64,000 nt of DNA from Myxococcota bacterium. GTDB taxonomy: Bacteria > Myxococcota_A > UBA796 > CAJQPC01. Below are positions 1-8,601 of this stretch, in pieces. The stretch lies in the NCBI GenBank assembly GCA_036012755.1, contig DASCPX010000040.1, forward strand, positions 68,800 to 132,799, in the 5' to 3' direction. Under the pieces are notes generated by a model. That model did not search any database, was not told the DNA's origin, and saw only the letters and a list, made by a program, of their open reading frames with translations. Position numbers and translations under genes: made by a program. The first letter of the stretch is position 1; every line of letters begins with the position of its first letter.

Positions 1-58
1 AGACCGCCACTGCCAGGGCCACCGCCAGCACCAACGCAACCAGCGCGCTCCGCTTCAG
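1..58 (-). CDS. 5' fragment of a membrane or secreted protein running off the window edge
   Basis: Frame reads (CTG)KRSALVALVLAVALAVAV. The CTG overlaps the TGA of the upstream Omp85 gene, with AGGAGG just upstream. Confidence 0.4.
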   Translation of the reverse strand, partial: MKRSALVALVLAVALAVAV

Positions 59-2280
59 AAGGCCTCCTGGAGCGCTATGTAGACGCCGTAGCGACGGTCC
101 AGCGCGTAGTAGGGGTCCTTCCTGAGGCGGACACCGACATCCACGCGCAGGGGGCCCGCCGGGGTGGCGACCCGGGCACCCACGCCCGCGGTCGGCTGGA
201 GCTCCCGCCAGTCGAAGTCCTCCCGCGTGCTCCAGAGGCCGCCGAGGTCGTGGAACACGACGAGATCGAAGCTGCTGTTGAAGGGGACGCGGGCCTCGAT
301 GTTCGCGTACACCATCGCCTGCCCGCCGAAGGGCATGAAGTCCAGGTTGGACCGGGCCACGCCCGTGTCGGCGCAGTCCCGCTCCGCGACGAGCTCGGCG
401 CCCTCGTCCTCGTAGCTGCAGCCCCGTGGTCCCTGGAGGTCCTGCGGGAAACCCCGCAGGGTGCTGGCCCCCCCGAGCAGGTAGCGCTCGCTGTGCGGGA
501 TGGCGCGGCGATCGGCGTCGGACCCGAAGGGCTCCATGAGGCCACCGGCGACGCGTCCAGCCAGCACGATGCGCCCAGGGGTGATCGTCTGGTACTTGCG
601 CAGGTCGAACCTGAGCTCGGCGTAGGTACGACCTGGCATCCAGGCGCCAGCCTGGGCCAACCCGACCTCGATGTAGTGGCCGCGCGCAGGCTGGAACAGC
701 GGGCGACGCGTGTCCCAGACGCCGCTGAGGATGAGCTTGTGGATGTGGAAGTCGACCTCGCTCGCGCCGGCGTCGATCTCGGGGAAGCCGAGCTCGGTCG
801 CGAACAGGGCCGCCTCGGGATCGAGGTTCTGGAAGGTGTAGGTCCAGCGGTAGCCCGGCCGCACCGCGAAGTGGTCCGTCAGCTGGTAGGTGAACACCGG
901 CGCCATCGTGACCTTCTTGGAGCTGTGGCTGCGCTCGCGGCCGATCTCGAAGCCGACGTCCGGCGTGTGGGACCAGCGGGTGCCGAGGATCTCCGGGTAG
1001 ACCAGGCTTGCGTCAGAGGCGAGGAAGGGACCACCGTCCGTGGTCGTGTCCGCCACGACCTCGCCGGCCTCGTCGATGGTGTCCTCGATGGTGTCGCCGA
1101 TCGCGGCGTCCTCGAAGGGATCGAAGACCCGGTAGCCGCCTTTGGCCTCCGCCTCGACGCGGATGAGGCGGGACAACAGGTGGGTGTGCGAGAAGCGGCC
1201 CACCGCTCGGATCTCGCCCATGCCGTCGCTGCGGAAGAAGCCCGCACCGAAGGCAGCGCCTCCACCAGCCTTCAGCTCGCGGAAGCGGGTCTCCCTGACC
1301 GAGATCTGCACGGGCACCACCTGCCCCTCGGTCTCGAGCTGCGGAAACACCTGCACGACGCTGAAGACCCCGAGCCCGAAGAGGTTCCGCTGGGTCTCGG
1401 CCATCTTGCGCGGGTCATAGCGCTCGCCGGGGAGGATGGTCACGCGGCTGCGGATGAAGCGCTCCTCGACCTCCTCGAAGCCCACGATCTCGACCTCGCC
1501 GAACATGCAGATCTCGCCGGTCTTGACCTCGAGCAGCAGGTCGACGGCGTGCTCCTCGGGGCGAGCCTCCACCTCGACGGTCGCCACGGCGCGGGCGTAG
1601 CCGTTCTGTTGGAGCTCTCTTTCGACCAGCCCGGCGAGGTCGTAGGGCGCGTCGATGTCGAAGCGCTCGCCGAGCAGTCCGGCCTGGGTTCGCCGGACGC
1701 GGCCGAGCACCGTCGGGGAGACCTCGTCGAGACCGTCGATGACGACCCCCGCGATGAGCGAGGGCTCGCCGAGCTCCACGCTGCCGACGACGTCGACGAC
1801 CGGACCGCGCAGGCGACGAGGCCTCAGCGCCGGGAAGACCGGGGCGGGCTTGACCTCGACGATCTCCCAGGCGACGAGCTCGGCGTCGAACCAGCCGTGG
1901 TGCGCGTACCACAGCTCGACGCGGTAGGCGTCCGTATCGAGCAGCTCCGTGTCCAGCGGGACCCGGTCGACGAAGGCCCGCGCGAAGAAGATGTGGGCCA
2001 TGGCCCCGGACTCGCCGTGCTCCATCGCGGTGCGCACGATGGGATCGCTGGTGGCGCGCCCCCAGAGTCCGTTGCGCTGGAGCACGTGCAGGTAGCGGAA
2101 ATCCGGCTGGGGCGCCTTCGGTCCACGACGCAGGAGCTCCTGGAGGAACAGCTGGTCTTCGTGGAAGTGGATGTCGCGCACTGTTGGCGGAGCGGCCCGG
2201 CGCTCGGCGCGGCGGAGCTGTCGGTCCTCCTGATCTGCCTCCGCGGTCGCGATCAGGGTCAGCAGGAGCGCCGAGAGCAT
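55..2280 (-). CDS. Omp85 (TamA/BamA) family outer membrane protein with POTRA domains
   Basis: POTRA-like segments (FGEVEIVG...PGERYD...LFGLGVFSVV), the YLLGGASTLRGF motif, GVGARVATPAGPLRVD and C-terminal QEAF. Start taken at the ATG giving signal peptide MLSALLLTLIATAEA. Confidence 0.9.
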   Translation of the reverse strand: MLSALLLTLIATAEADQEDRQLRRAERRAAPPTVRDIHFHEDQLFLQELLRRGPKAPQPDFRYLHVLQRNGLWGRATSDPIVRTAMEHGESGAMAHIFFARAFVDRVPLDTELLDTDAYRVELWYAHHGWFDAELVAWEIVEVKPAPVFPALRPRRLRGPVVDVVGSVELGEPSLIAGVVIDGLDEVSPTVLGRVRRTQAGLLGERFDIDAPYDLAGLVERELQQNGYARAVATVEVEARPEEHAVDLLLEVKTGEICMFGEVEIVGFEEVEERFIRSRVTILPGERYDPRKMAETQRNLFGLGVFSVVQVFPQLETEGQVVPVQISVRETRFRELKAGGGAAFGAGFFRSDGMGEIRAVGRFSHTHLLSRLIRVEAEAKGGYRVFDPFEDAAIGDTIEDTIDEAGEVVADTTTDGGPFLASDASLVYPEILGTRWSHTPDVGFEIGRERSHSSKKVTMAPVFTYQLTDHFAVRPGYRWTYTFQNLDPEAALFATELGFPEIDAGASEVDFHIHKLILSGVWDTRRPLFQPARGHYIEVGLAQAGAWMPGRTYAELRFDLRKYQTITPGRIVLAGRVAGGLMEPFGSDADRRAIPHSERYLLGGASTLRGFPQDLQGPRGCSYEDEGAELVAERDCADTGVARSNLDFMPFGGQAMVYANIEARVPFNSSFDLVVFHDLGGLWSTREDFDWRELQPTAGVGARVATPAGPLRVDVGVRLRKDPYYALDRRYGVYIALQEAF

Positions 2281-2301
2281 GCGGTCGGATAGCCTACCGC
2301 G

Positions 2302-2898
2302 ATGGTCGACCACACGCGCGAAGCACTACGTCAGCTGGCACTCGTGATGGCCGTGGCCGTGCCGCTGTCGGTGCTCGGCTTCCTGGGCTCGGCTGACTTC
2401 TTCGACAACTACCACGGGGTTGTCGTCACCTGGTCTGCCGTAGACGGCTCCGATGGTCGCGACGACGACATCGCCGAGTACCTCGTCGTCCGCGGCGCAG
2501 GAGAGCCCCTGACGCTGATCCTGCCCGTGCGCGCGCTGAAGGACCATGACCTCCCCCGGTCCGACAGCGGCGCGATCCCGGACCCGATCCCGGACGGGGC
2601 GCCGACGCTGCACAAAGAGCTGTTCAGCTTCGTCTTCACGGTCGAGGACCGCCCCTACTCGACCCTGTCTCCGGTGGACCTCGCGGTGCCGATCCTGTTC
2701 TTGACGGCGGTGTTGCTGGGGCGAAACCTCATCTTCGCCGGCAGCCCCTTCCGACTCGTCAGCGACGGCAGGATCCGCGTCTTCGGGAAGCGTGACGAGC
2801 GGGGCGACCGGGTCAATCCTCCTCCACCTCCGCGCCCGAAGAAGGGTCCCCCGCCCGGAGGCTCGAAGAAGAGACGGAAGAAGAAACGGAAGCGCTGA
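2302..2898 (+). CDS. Hypothetical 2-TM membrane protein with Pro/Lys/Arg-rich tail
   Basis: Two hydrophobic segments; C-terminus [25 protein letters not shown]; coding-like codon usage. Confidence 0.75.
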   Translation: MVDHTREALRQLALVMAVAVPLSVLGFLGSADFFDNYHGVVVTWSAVDGSDGRDDDIAEYLVVRGAGEPLTLILPVRALKDHDLPRSDSGAIPDPIPDGAPTLHKELFSFVFTVEDRPYSTLSPVDLAVPILFLTAVLLGRNLIFAGSPFRLVSDGRIRVFGKRDERGDRVNPPPPPRPKKGPPPGGSKKRRKKKRKR

Positions 2899-3316
2899 CC
2901 TCCCAGGCCACAGAGGACGGGAACCCCCGAGAGGCGAGGAAGCGCGCGATCTGCTGGCGCGTCTTGCCGCTCTTGCGCTGAGCGATGCTGGTGGCGTGGG
3001 CCCTCCAGTCCACCTCCAACTCGGCGAAAGCCTCTTCGATCAGCGAGGCGGCGACGCCCTTTTCGCGGAGCTTCGCGCGTACTTTTGCCGGCCCGTAGCC
3101 GCGAATGTGCACGAAGTGCCGGGCCATACCGAAGGCCGCCCGGCGATCGTCGAGCAGCCCGACGGCCTCGAGGCGATCGAGCGCAGCGTCGGCCTCGTCA
3201 GGGGCGTGGCCCTTGTCGAGGAGCTTGCGAAACAGCTCCACCCGCGCGTGCTCCCGTCTCGCGAGGAGAGCGATCGCGCGGGCCTTTGCCGAAGGAGGTG
3301 GCCTGTGCCGTCCTAC
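2813..3316 (-). CDS. recX: Regulatory protein RecX (start codon uncertain)
   Basis: [19 protein letters not shown]...GLLDDRRAA...[16 protein letters not shown]...RFLASRGF are RecX repeat motifs. There is no ATG/GTG/TTG just ahead of the conserved N-terminus. Confidence 0.8.
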   Translation of the reverse strand, partial: VGRHRPPPSAKARAIALLARREHARVELFRKLLDKGHAPDEADAALDRLEAVGLLDDRRAAFGMARHFVHIRGYGPAKVRAKLREKGVAASLIEEAFAELEVDWRAHATSIAQRKSGKTRQQIARFLASRGFPSSVAWEVSASVSSSVSSSSLRAGDPSSGAEVEED

Positions 3317-3504
3317 TTCTTGATCTCCTTGTGGACCGTGTGCTTGCGCTCGTACCTGCAGTACTTCTTGAGCTCGAGCCGTCCGGGGATCGTCTTCTTG
3401 TTCTTCGTGGTGTGGTACCGCGAGACACCAGGCATCCCCGAGGTACGACAGGTCGTGCACTCGAGGTGGATGATGATGCGGCCCTTGGCAGTCTTCTTCG
3501 CCAT
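3313..3504 (-). CDS. rpmG: 50S ribosomal protein L33
   Basis: [10 protein letters not shown]...[10 protein letters not shown]...RLELKKYC...HTVHKE. Confidence 0.97.
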   Translation of the reverse strand: MAKKTAKGRIIIHLECTTCRTSGMPGVSRYHTTKNKKTIPGRLELKKYCRYERKHTVHKEIKK

Positions 3505-3516
3505 TTGGGTCTCCGC

Positions 3517-4134
3517 CTACAGCGTCTGCGAGTAGAACTCGACGATGGCCTGGAGGTTGCACTCGAAAGGCAGGTCCTCCAGCTCGGGCGCCTGGGTCAT
3601 GGTACCCGTGGCCTTGGCCGGGTCGAACTCGAGGTACTGGGGGCGCACCGTCGCCATGGAGCGCTCCAGGTTCTCCTGGATGAAGGGCTTCTGCTTGCTC
3701 TTCTCGCGCACGCTGATCTCGGAGCCGGCCTTCACGGAGAAGCTCGGGCGATCGACACGCTTGCCGTTGATCAGGATGTGCCCGTGAACGACCATCTGGC
3801 GGGCAGCCGGGATGGTGGGGGCGAGGCCGATACGCCAGACGACGTTGTCCAGGCGGCTCTCGAGCAGCGTGACCAGCACGCGGCCGGTCGGCCCCTTGCG
3901 GCGCGAGGCCTCCCTGAGGTAGCGGCGAAACTGCTTCTCGAGCACGCCGAAGTGCCAGCGCAGCTTCTGCTTCTCGATGAGGCGAGTCTTGTAGTCAGAG
4001 GGCTTCCCCCGACGCCGCTGGCCGTGGACGCCGGGAGGCGTCGGCCGAGACAGATCGGTAGCGGTCGTCAGACCGGGAAGCACCGTACCCACTGCCCGGC
4101 ACTTCTTCAGCCGGGGTCCACGATAACGAGCCAT
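3517..4134 (-). CDS. rpsD: 30S ribosomal protein S4
   Basis: MARYRGPRLK...SDYKTRLIEKQKLR...LESRLDNVVWR...ARQMVVHGHI...IVEFYS. Confidence 0.97.
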   Translation of the reverse strand: MARYRGPRLKKCRAVGTVLPGLTTATDLSRPTPPGVHGQRRRGKPSDYKTRLIEKQKLRWHFGVLEKQFRRYLREASRRKGPTGRVLVTLLESRLDNVVWRIGLAPTIPAARQMVVHGHILINGKRVDRPSFSVKAGSEISVREKSKQKPFIQENLERSMATVRPQYLEFDPAKATGTMTQAPELEDLPFECNLQAIVEFYSQTL

Positions 4135-4300
4135 CTGGCACGCTCCTGTCGGTGTAATGACGGCGCGCGGGGGGTCCGATCGGAGATCATGGGCCCGCAC
4201 GCCCGGTTAGCTCGTGGTCTATCCACTTGCGAACGTCGGCATCTATGGCTGGCGGGCGCCGCAGTCAAGTGGGATGATGACCGACAAGGAGGTCCGAGAC

Positions 4301-4942
4301 ATGCAGAAGGGCTTCACCATGATCGAGCTGATGATCGTCATGAGCCTCGTCGCGATCCTCACCGCGGCGGGGATCTTCACATCGAAGAACGTCATGCCTT
4401 CCTGGCGGACGAAGCAGGCGGCGTCCGACTTCGCCGACCGGACCCGAGAGGCTCGGATGCTGGCGATCCTGCTGGATCGGGAGACCAAGGTCGAGATCAT
4501 CGACTACGACTCGAGCACCGGTAGCGGGTCGGAGGGCACCACCGCCTACGGCCACTACCAGGTCAGCGTCGGCGACGCGGCTGCCGACTCCACCTTCTTC
4601 GATGTGCTCCCCTTCGAGGACACCTCGGGCACGGACGTGGGGAAGGGAGAAGGCGACTTCGACTTCGGCTACGGCGGGCGGCACGAGCTCCGGAGCGTCT
4701 CGCTGGCCGAACCCTCAACGGACGAGATCATCTTCGATCCGCGCGGCTGGCTGACCAACAGCGCGACAGACTTCACCCACAGCGAAAGTGGAGCCGTCGA
4801 GTACGTCTTCGTCAACAAGCGCCGCGTCGAGGACAGCTGGTCGGTCCTGGTCTTCCGCAGCGGCATGGTCCGGATGGAGCACAATGGGGGCCGCGAGTTC
4901 TCGAGCAACAGCGGCGGGACCGAGCAGTACACGACGCAGTGA
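4301..4942 (+). CDS. Type IV pilin-like protein, FimT/GspH-like
   Basis: Prepilin site KG|FTMIELMIV; helix ending AREARMLAI; IIFDPRG motif. AAGGAGG SD before ATG 4301. Confidence 0.85.
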   Translation: MQKGFTMIELMIVMSLVAILTAAGIFTSKNVMPSWRTKQAASDFADRTREARMLAILLDRETKVEIIDYDSSTGSGSEGTTAYGHYQVSVGDAAADSTFFDVLPFEDTSGTDVGKGEGDFDFGYGGRHELRSVSLAEPSTDEIIFDPRGWLTNSATDFTHSESGAVEYVFVNKRRVEDSWSVLVFRSGMVRMEHNGGREFSSNSGGTEQYTTQ

Positions 4943-4957
4943 TCGCGGGGGGCACCC

Positions 4958-5989
4958 CTACAGGCGAGCGAGGACCGCGCGAGCGCTGAGGCCTGCCTCT
5001 CCCTGGCCGCGGGCGACACGCTCGAGGTGGGGGCGGGCGAGCTCACCTGACTTCCACAGGGCGCCCATGGCGGGGAGGTGGAAGCCCCCGAGCGCCGAGC
5101 CCTGGAGATCGCCCAGGTAGCTGGCGAGGACCGCTGGGGCGGCCTGGAGCTCTCCGAGAGCCCAGAGGATGACGGCGCGCACGGGGTACTGGACCCCGAG
5201 CCCCGCCCCGGGGTGGCCCTCGTGTTCGAGCGCCTCCACCTCGAGCGCGCGGACGAGTGAAGGCGCTGTCGTGGGGGCACCGATGCGGCCGAGCGACAAG
5301 GCGCTGCCTCGGCGGTGGGCGAAGGCCCGGCTCGGGTCGAGGTCCATTCGAGAGAGGGCGACGATGAGCGTGTCGACAAAGCGCGGGTCGCCGTTGTGTC
5401 CCATCGCGAGCAGCCGGGCGCTCTCTCCTCGCCGACCGGCCGAGCGACGAGACCCCTGGATGGTCTCCAGATCCTCGAGCTGTCCTCTGGCAGCGAGGTT
5501 CAGCAGTCCGCTGGGCTCCTCGATGTCGGGAGCATCTTCGGAGAGCGCCATCTCCAGCCCCGCGGCGAGCTCCGCCACCCCGAGCCCGATGGCCTCCTCG
5601 GGCACGCGCTCGCCCCGAGGGGTCTCGAAAGAGACCAGGATCGCCCGCTCGAGATCGGCGATGACGTCGGCTGTGACCTGTCCACAGCGGACGCGGGCCT
5701 CCGCGAGGGCGAGCAGGACGGTGTTGCTGCGCTCGAGGGCGAAGGCCTCGCCGAGACCCTCGTCGATTCCTCGTCGACCCAGGTTGCGGGCCGCCGCCCT
5801 TCGTACACCGGGAACCGGGTCGGTGAGCAGCTCGATGAGCAAGGCGGATGCTCGCTCCTCGGGGTGTCGCCCGAGGGCCCTGGCCGCCCGGATCCGCAAC
5901 AGCTCGTCCCCCCTCCGCAGGACCCGGGCGAGTCCCGGTCCGTCCAGCACTTCCGGGCTCCCGAGCAGCCGTTCGCGCAGCCCGCTCAT
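4958..5989 (-). CDS. HEAT-repeat protein
   Basis: Repeated LRIRAARALG / VRRAAARNLG / SALSLGRIG / AVILWALGEL. The ORF extension above ATG 5989 runs into the DnaA-box region and is judged non-coding. Confidence 0.8.
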   Translation of the reverse strand: MSGLRERLLGSPEVLDGPGLARVLRRGDELLRIRAARALGRHPEERASALLIELLTDPVPGVRRAAARNLGRRGIDEGLGEAFALERSNTVLLALAEARVRCGQVTADVIADLERAILVSFETPRGERVPEEAIGLGVAELAAGLEMALSEDAPDIEEPSGLLNLAARGQLEDLETIQGSRRSAGRRGESARLLAMGHNGDPRFVDTLIVALSRMDLDPSRAFAHRRGSALSLGRIGAPTTAPSLVRALEVEALEHEGHPGAGLGVQYPVRAVILWALGELQAAPAVLASYLGDLQGSALGGFHLPAMGALWKSGELARPHLERVARGQGEAGLSARAVLARL

Positions 5990-6002
5990 GCTCCGCAAGT
6001 CG

Positions 6003-6261
6003 ACGTCCACAGGTTGTCCACAGCCCTTCCAAGGATCCTTGCCGCCAAGAAAAAATCCAGGTCCCACTCGTTCATCGGGTGTCCACAGAAAGTCACCTTG
6101 AAAGACCGTAGCGATTTCGCACACCCATGGATCGGTCCATGAGTTGTCCACAGGCGACGATCCACAACATGTCCGGTGCCGATCCGCGTGGTCACCACAA
6201 CATATTGTGGTCGAGTGCTTGACCCGATCTTGGGCCAGCGGTAGAAAACGAGCGTGGAAAC
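6003..6261. other. DnaA-box cluster, candidate replication origin or DnaA-titration site
   Basis: TTGTCCACA at 6014 and 6144; near matches ACGTCCACA 6003, GTGTCCACA 6079, TTTCGCACA 6115, CGATCCACA 6158; reverse-strand CGTGGAAAC 6253. Lies in the longest, lower-GC intergenic region of the window. Confidence 0.6.
6195..6210. promoter_or_regulatory. NrdR-box-like palindrome
   Basis: CCACAACATATTGTGG fits acaCwAtATaTwGtgt at all key positions. A weaker copy, CCACAACATGTCCGGT, is at 6162. Confidence 0.6.
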
Positions 6262-6515
6262 GGTGTGCCGATGACTTGTTCATCGGGGGGCGCATCGGGG
6301 CCGCAAACCTGGACCCTCTCTCGATTCTCTACCCCTCGCTCGCCGCCCGGCTGGGTGAGGACTTGGAGTTCCCTGTTTCCGTGCTCGAACTGCGGCGCCA
6401 CCAGCATCGGACCTCCCACGCTCCTACCCCGACAGACCTTCCGCGTCTGTCCAGCCCGACCCTCGGGTGCGCGTGTGGAACCGCTGGTGTCCAAGCGACG
6501 TAGGAGTTCCGGCGG

Positions 6516-6572
6516 GTCTACAGACCGGACAGGCTGGGCGGGTCCCGCCCGCCCAGCCTATTCCGGTTAGAC
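6516..6572 (+). promoter_or_regulatory. Long hairpin in the mrp 5' leader
   Basis: Nested inverted repeats GTCTA/TAGAC and ACCGGA/TCCGGT, plus a perfect 12-bp AGGCTGGGCGGG/CCCGCCCAGCCT stem around a 5-nt loop. Confidence 0.5.
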
Positions 6573-6584
6573 GCGTGGACCCTG

Positions 6585-7061
6585 ATGCTTCGCTCGCTGC
6601 TCTTGTTCTCGGTGCTGCTGTCGACCTGGTTCCTCTGGTCGGGTCACACCGAACCGATGCTCCTGGGCTTCGGCGCCGGGAGCTCGCTGGCGATCGTGCT
6701 GTTGGTCTGGCGGATGGAGGGCTCCAACCACGACAGGACGCCGCTGGCGGTGTGGGTTCGAGTCGTCATCTACTTCCCCTGGCTCGCCTGGGAGATCGTC
6801 AAGAGCAACCTCCACGTGGCCCGCATGGTGCTGACACCGAAGGCCATCTCGCCCCGGCTCGTCCGCACGAAGGCGTCGCAGCGCACCGACTTCGGGCGCG
6901 TGCTCTACGCCAACAGCATCACCCTCACCCCGGGCACCATCACCCTGGACCTGCGGGGTGACGATCTCCTCGTCCATGCCCTGACGAAGGACACGGCAGA
7001 GGGCCTCGACGGCAACATGGACCGGCGCTGTCTCTGGGTCGAACAGGGCAGGCAGGGCTGA
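6585..7061 (+). CDS. mrpE: Na+/H+ antiporter subunit E
   Basis: WEIVKSNLHVA, YANSITLTPGT, LLVHAL. Confidence 0.95.
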   Translation: MLRSLLLFSVLLSTWFLWSGHTEPMLLGFGAGSSLAIVLLVWRMEGSNHDRTPLAVWVRVVIYFPWLAWEIVKSNLHVARMVLTPKAISPRLVRTKASQRTDFGRVLYANSITLTPGTITLDLRGDDLLVHALTKDTAEGLDGNMDRRCLWVEQGRQG

Positions 7062-7333
7062 TGTTCGTCGCCGCGATGGTCGCCGTCCTGGCCACGATGT
7101 CCCTGGCGCTCATTCGAGCGCTCCTGGGGCCGACCGTCTACGACCGAATCCTGGCCTTGAACATGTTCGGGACCAAGACCGTGCTCTTGATCGCGGTCGC
7201 TGGGTTCCTCGCCGGACGGCCAGAGTTCCTCGACCTGGCGCTGGTCTACGCGCTGGTCAACTTCGTGGGGACCATCGCCGTGGCGAAGTTCGCCCGCTTC
7301 GGCAACCTCGCGTCGGACCTGCACAAGCGATGA
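7061..7333 (+). CDS. mrpF: Na+/H+ antiporter subunit F
   Basis: GPTVYDRILALN, DLALVYALVNFVGTIA. Confidence 0.95.
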   Translation: MFVAAMVAVLATMSLALIRALLGPTVYDRILALNMFGTKTVLLIAVAGFLAGRPEFLDLALVYALVNFVGTIAVAKFARFGNLASDLHKR

Positions 7334-7635
7334 TCGTCGAGATCGCCAGCTGGATCCTGCTCGTCTCGGGCGGCCTGTTCTGCGTGATCGGCGGGCTCGG
7401 GCTCCTCCGTTTCCCGGACTTCTACACCCGCACCCACGCCGCGAGCATCACCGACACGATGGGCGCAGGCCTGATGCTTGCGGGCCTGATGCTGCAGGGC
7501 GGGCTGAGCATCCCGACCGGGAAGCTGGCCTGCCTGCTCGTCTTCATCCTCTTTGCTTCCCCGACAGCGGCTCACGCTCTCGTCAAGGCGGCCTACGCCC
7601 ACGGCGTGAAGTGGGAGGACAGCGATGCAGATTGA
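7330..7635 (+). CDS. mrpG: Na+/H+ antiporter subunit G
   Basis: GLLRFPDFYTRTHAA, SPTAAHAL. Confidence 0.95.
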   Translation: MIVEIASWILLVSGGLFCVIGGLGLLRFPDFYTRTHAASITDTMGAGLMLAGLMLQGGLSIPTGKLACLLVFILFASPTAAHALVKAAYAHGVKWEDSDAD

Positions 7636-8155
7636 GGTCCTGCTGTTCGTGATGCTGCTGGCGATGGCGGTGGCCGTCGCGAGGCTGACGGACCTCTACG
7701 CCGCGGCGATGCTCACTGGCATCTTCAGCCTGCTGTCCGCTGGGCTCTTCACCCTCATGGACGCGGTGGACGTCGCCTACACAGAGGCCGCGGTCGGCGC
7801 CGGCATCAGCACCGTGCTCTTCCTGGGCACCCTCTCTCTCACGGACCGCAAGGAGCGCCAGCAGCCCTTCCGCATCGCGCCTCTGCTCGTGGTGATCCTG
7901 ACTGGCGCGACCCTGATGTACGGGACCCTGGACATGCCCGCCTACGGCGACCCGGAGGCCCCGGTCCACCAGCACGTGGGGCCCGACTACATCGAGAAGG
8001 CTCCTCACGACTTCGAGGGCATACCGAACGTGGTCACGCCGATCCTGGGCTCCTGGCGCGGCTATGACACCCTCGGGGAGACCACGGTCATCTTCACCGC
8101 CGCGGTCGGCGTGATGTTGTTGCTCGGCCGACGCCGACGCTGGCGGACCCGTTGA
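7625..8155 (+). CDS. DUF4040/MnhB-related Mrp subunit (split MrpA C-terminal part)
   Basis: AVDVAYTEAAVGAG and PNVVT..RGYDTLGE motifs; overlaps both neighbouring genes. Confidence 0.9.
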   Translation: MQIEVLLFVMLLAMAVAVARLTDLYAAAMLTGIFSLLSAGLFTLMDAVDVAYTEAAVGAGISTVLFLGTLSLTDRKERQQPFRIAPLLVVILTGATLMYGTLDMPAYGDPEAPVHQHVGPDYIEKAPHDFEGIPNVVTPILGSWRGYDTLGETTVIFTAAVGVMLLLGRRRRWRTR

Positions 8156-8601
8156 AGTCCCCCATGCGCATGCGAGAGAAGGCCATCCTGCGCCTGGTGG
8201 CCAAGGGCTTCGTGCCCTTCATCCTGTTGTTCGCGCTCTACACCCAGTTCCACGGCGACTTCGGGCCCGGAGGGGGCTTCCAGGCCGGCGTGATCTTCGC
8301 GGCCGGGCTCATCCTCTACGGCCTGATCTGGGGGCTCGAGTCACTCCAGAGGTTGGCTCCCCCGCTGGTGGTGGAGATCGCCGCCGCCCTTGGGGTGCTG
8401 CTCTACGGCTTCACGGGGGTGGCGACGATGTTGCTCGGGGGCAACTTCCTCGAGTACGCGGCCTTCTCCCCCGAGCATCCCGCCCACGGCCAGCACACCG
8501 GGCTGTTGCTCATCGAGGGCGGAGTCGGCATCACCGTCACCGCCGCGATGCTCGTGATCTACTACAAGTTCGCTGCCCGAGCCCTCCCGGAGGAGGCGTG
8601 A
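8152..8601 (+). CDS. mrpB: Na+/H+ antiporter subunit B
   Basis: HGDFGPGGGFQAG motif. Confidence 0.93.
   Translation: MKSPMRMREKAILRLVAKGFVPFILLFALYTQFHGDFGPGGGFQAGVIFAAGLILYGLIWGLESLQRLAPPLVVEIAAALGVLLYGFTGVATMLLGGNFLEYAAFSPEHPAHGQHTGLLLIEGGVGITVTAAMLVIYYKFAARALPEEA

Noticed and set aside
250..2292. 680-aa + strand ORF, and similar long ORFs at 12255-15587, 18781-20718, 51196-53526, 58270-61374 and 63011-63814
   Set aside because: These are antisense or off-frame shadows of clearly recognisable genes, expected at high GC, and they carry no family motifs.
4135..4300. Zur box upstream of the zinc-motif-less rpsD
   Set aside because: No AT-rich palindrome resembling a Zur/Fur site is visible.
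6003..6210. Repeated CCACA words as a CRISPR array or iterons
   Set aside because: The units are about 9 bp and irregularly spaced, and there are no cas or rep genes.
5990..6295. N-terminal extension of the HEAT ORF, and small ORFs across 5986-6570
   Set aside because: Atypical composition (VDNSW/PVDV translations are typical of DnaA boxes); better explained as non-coding.
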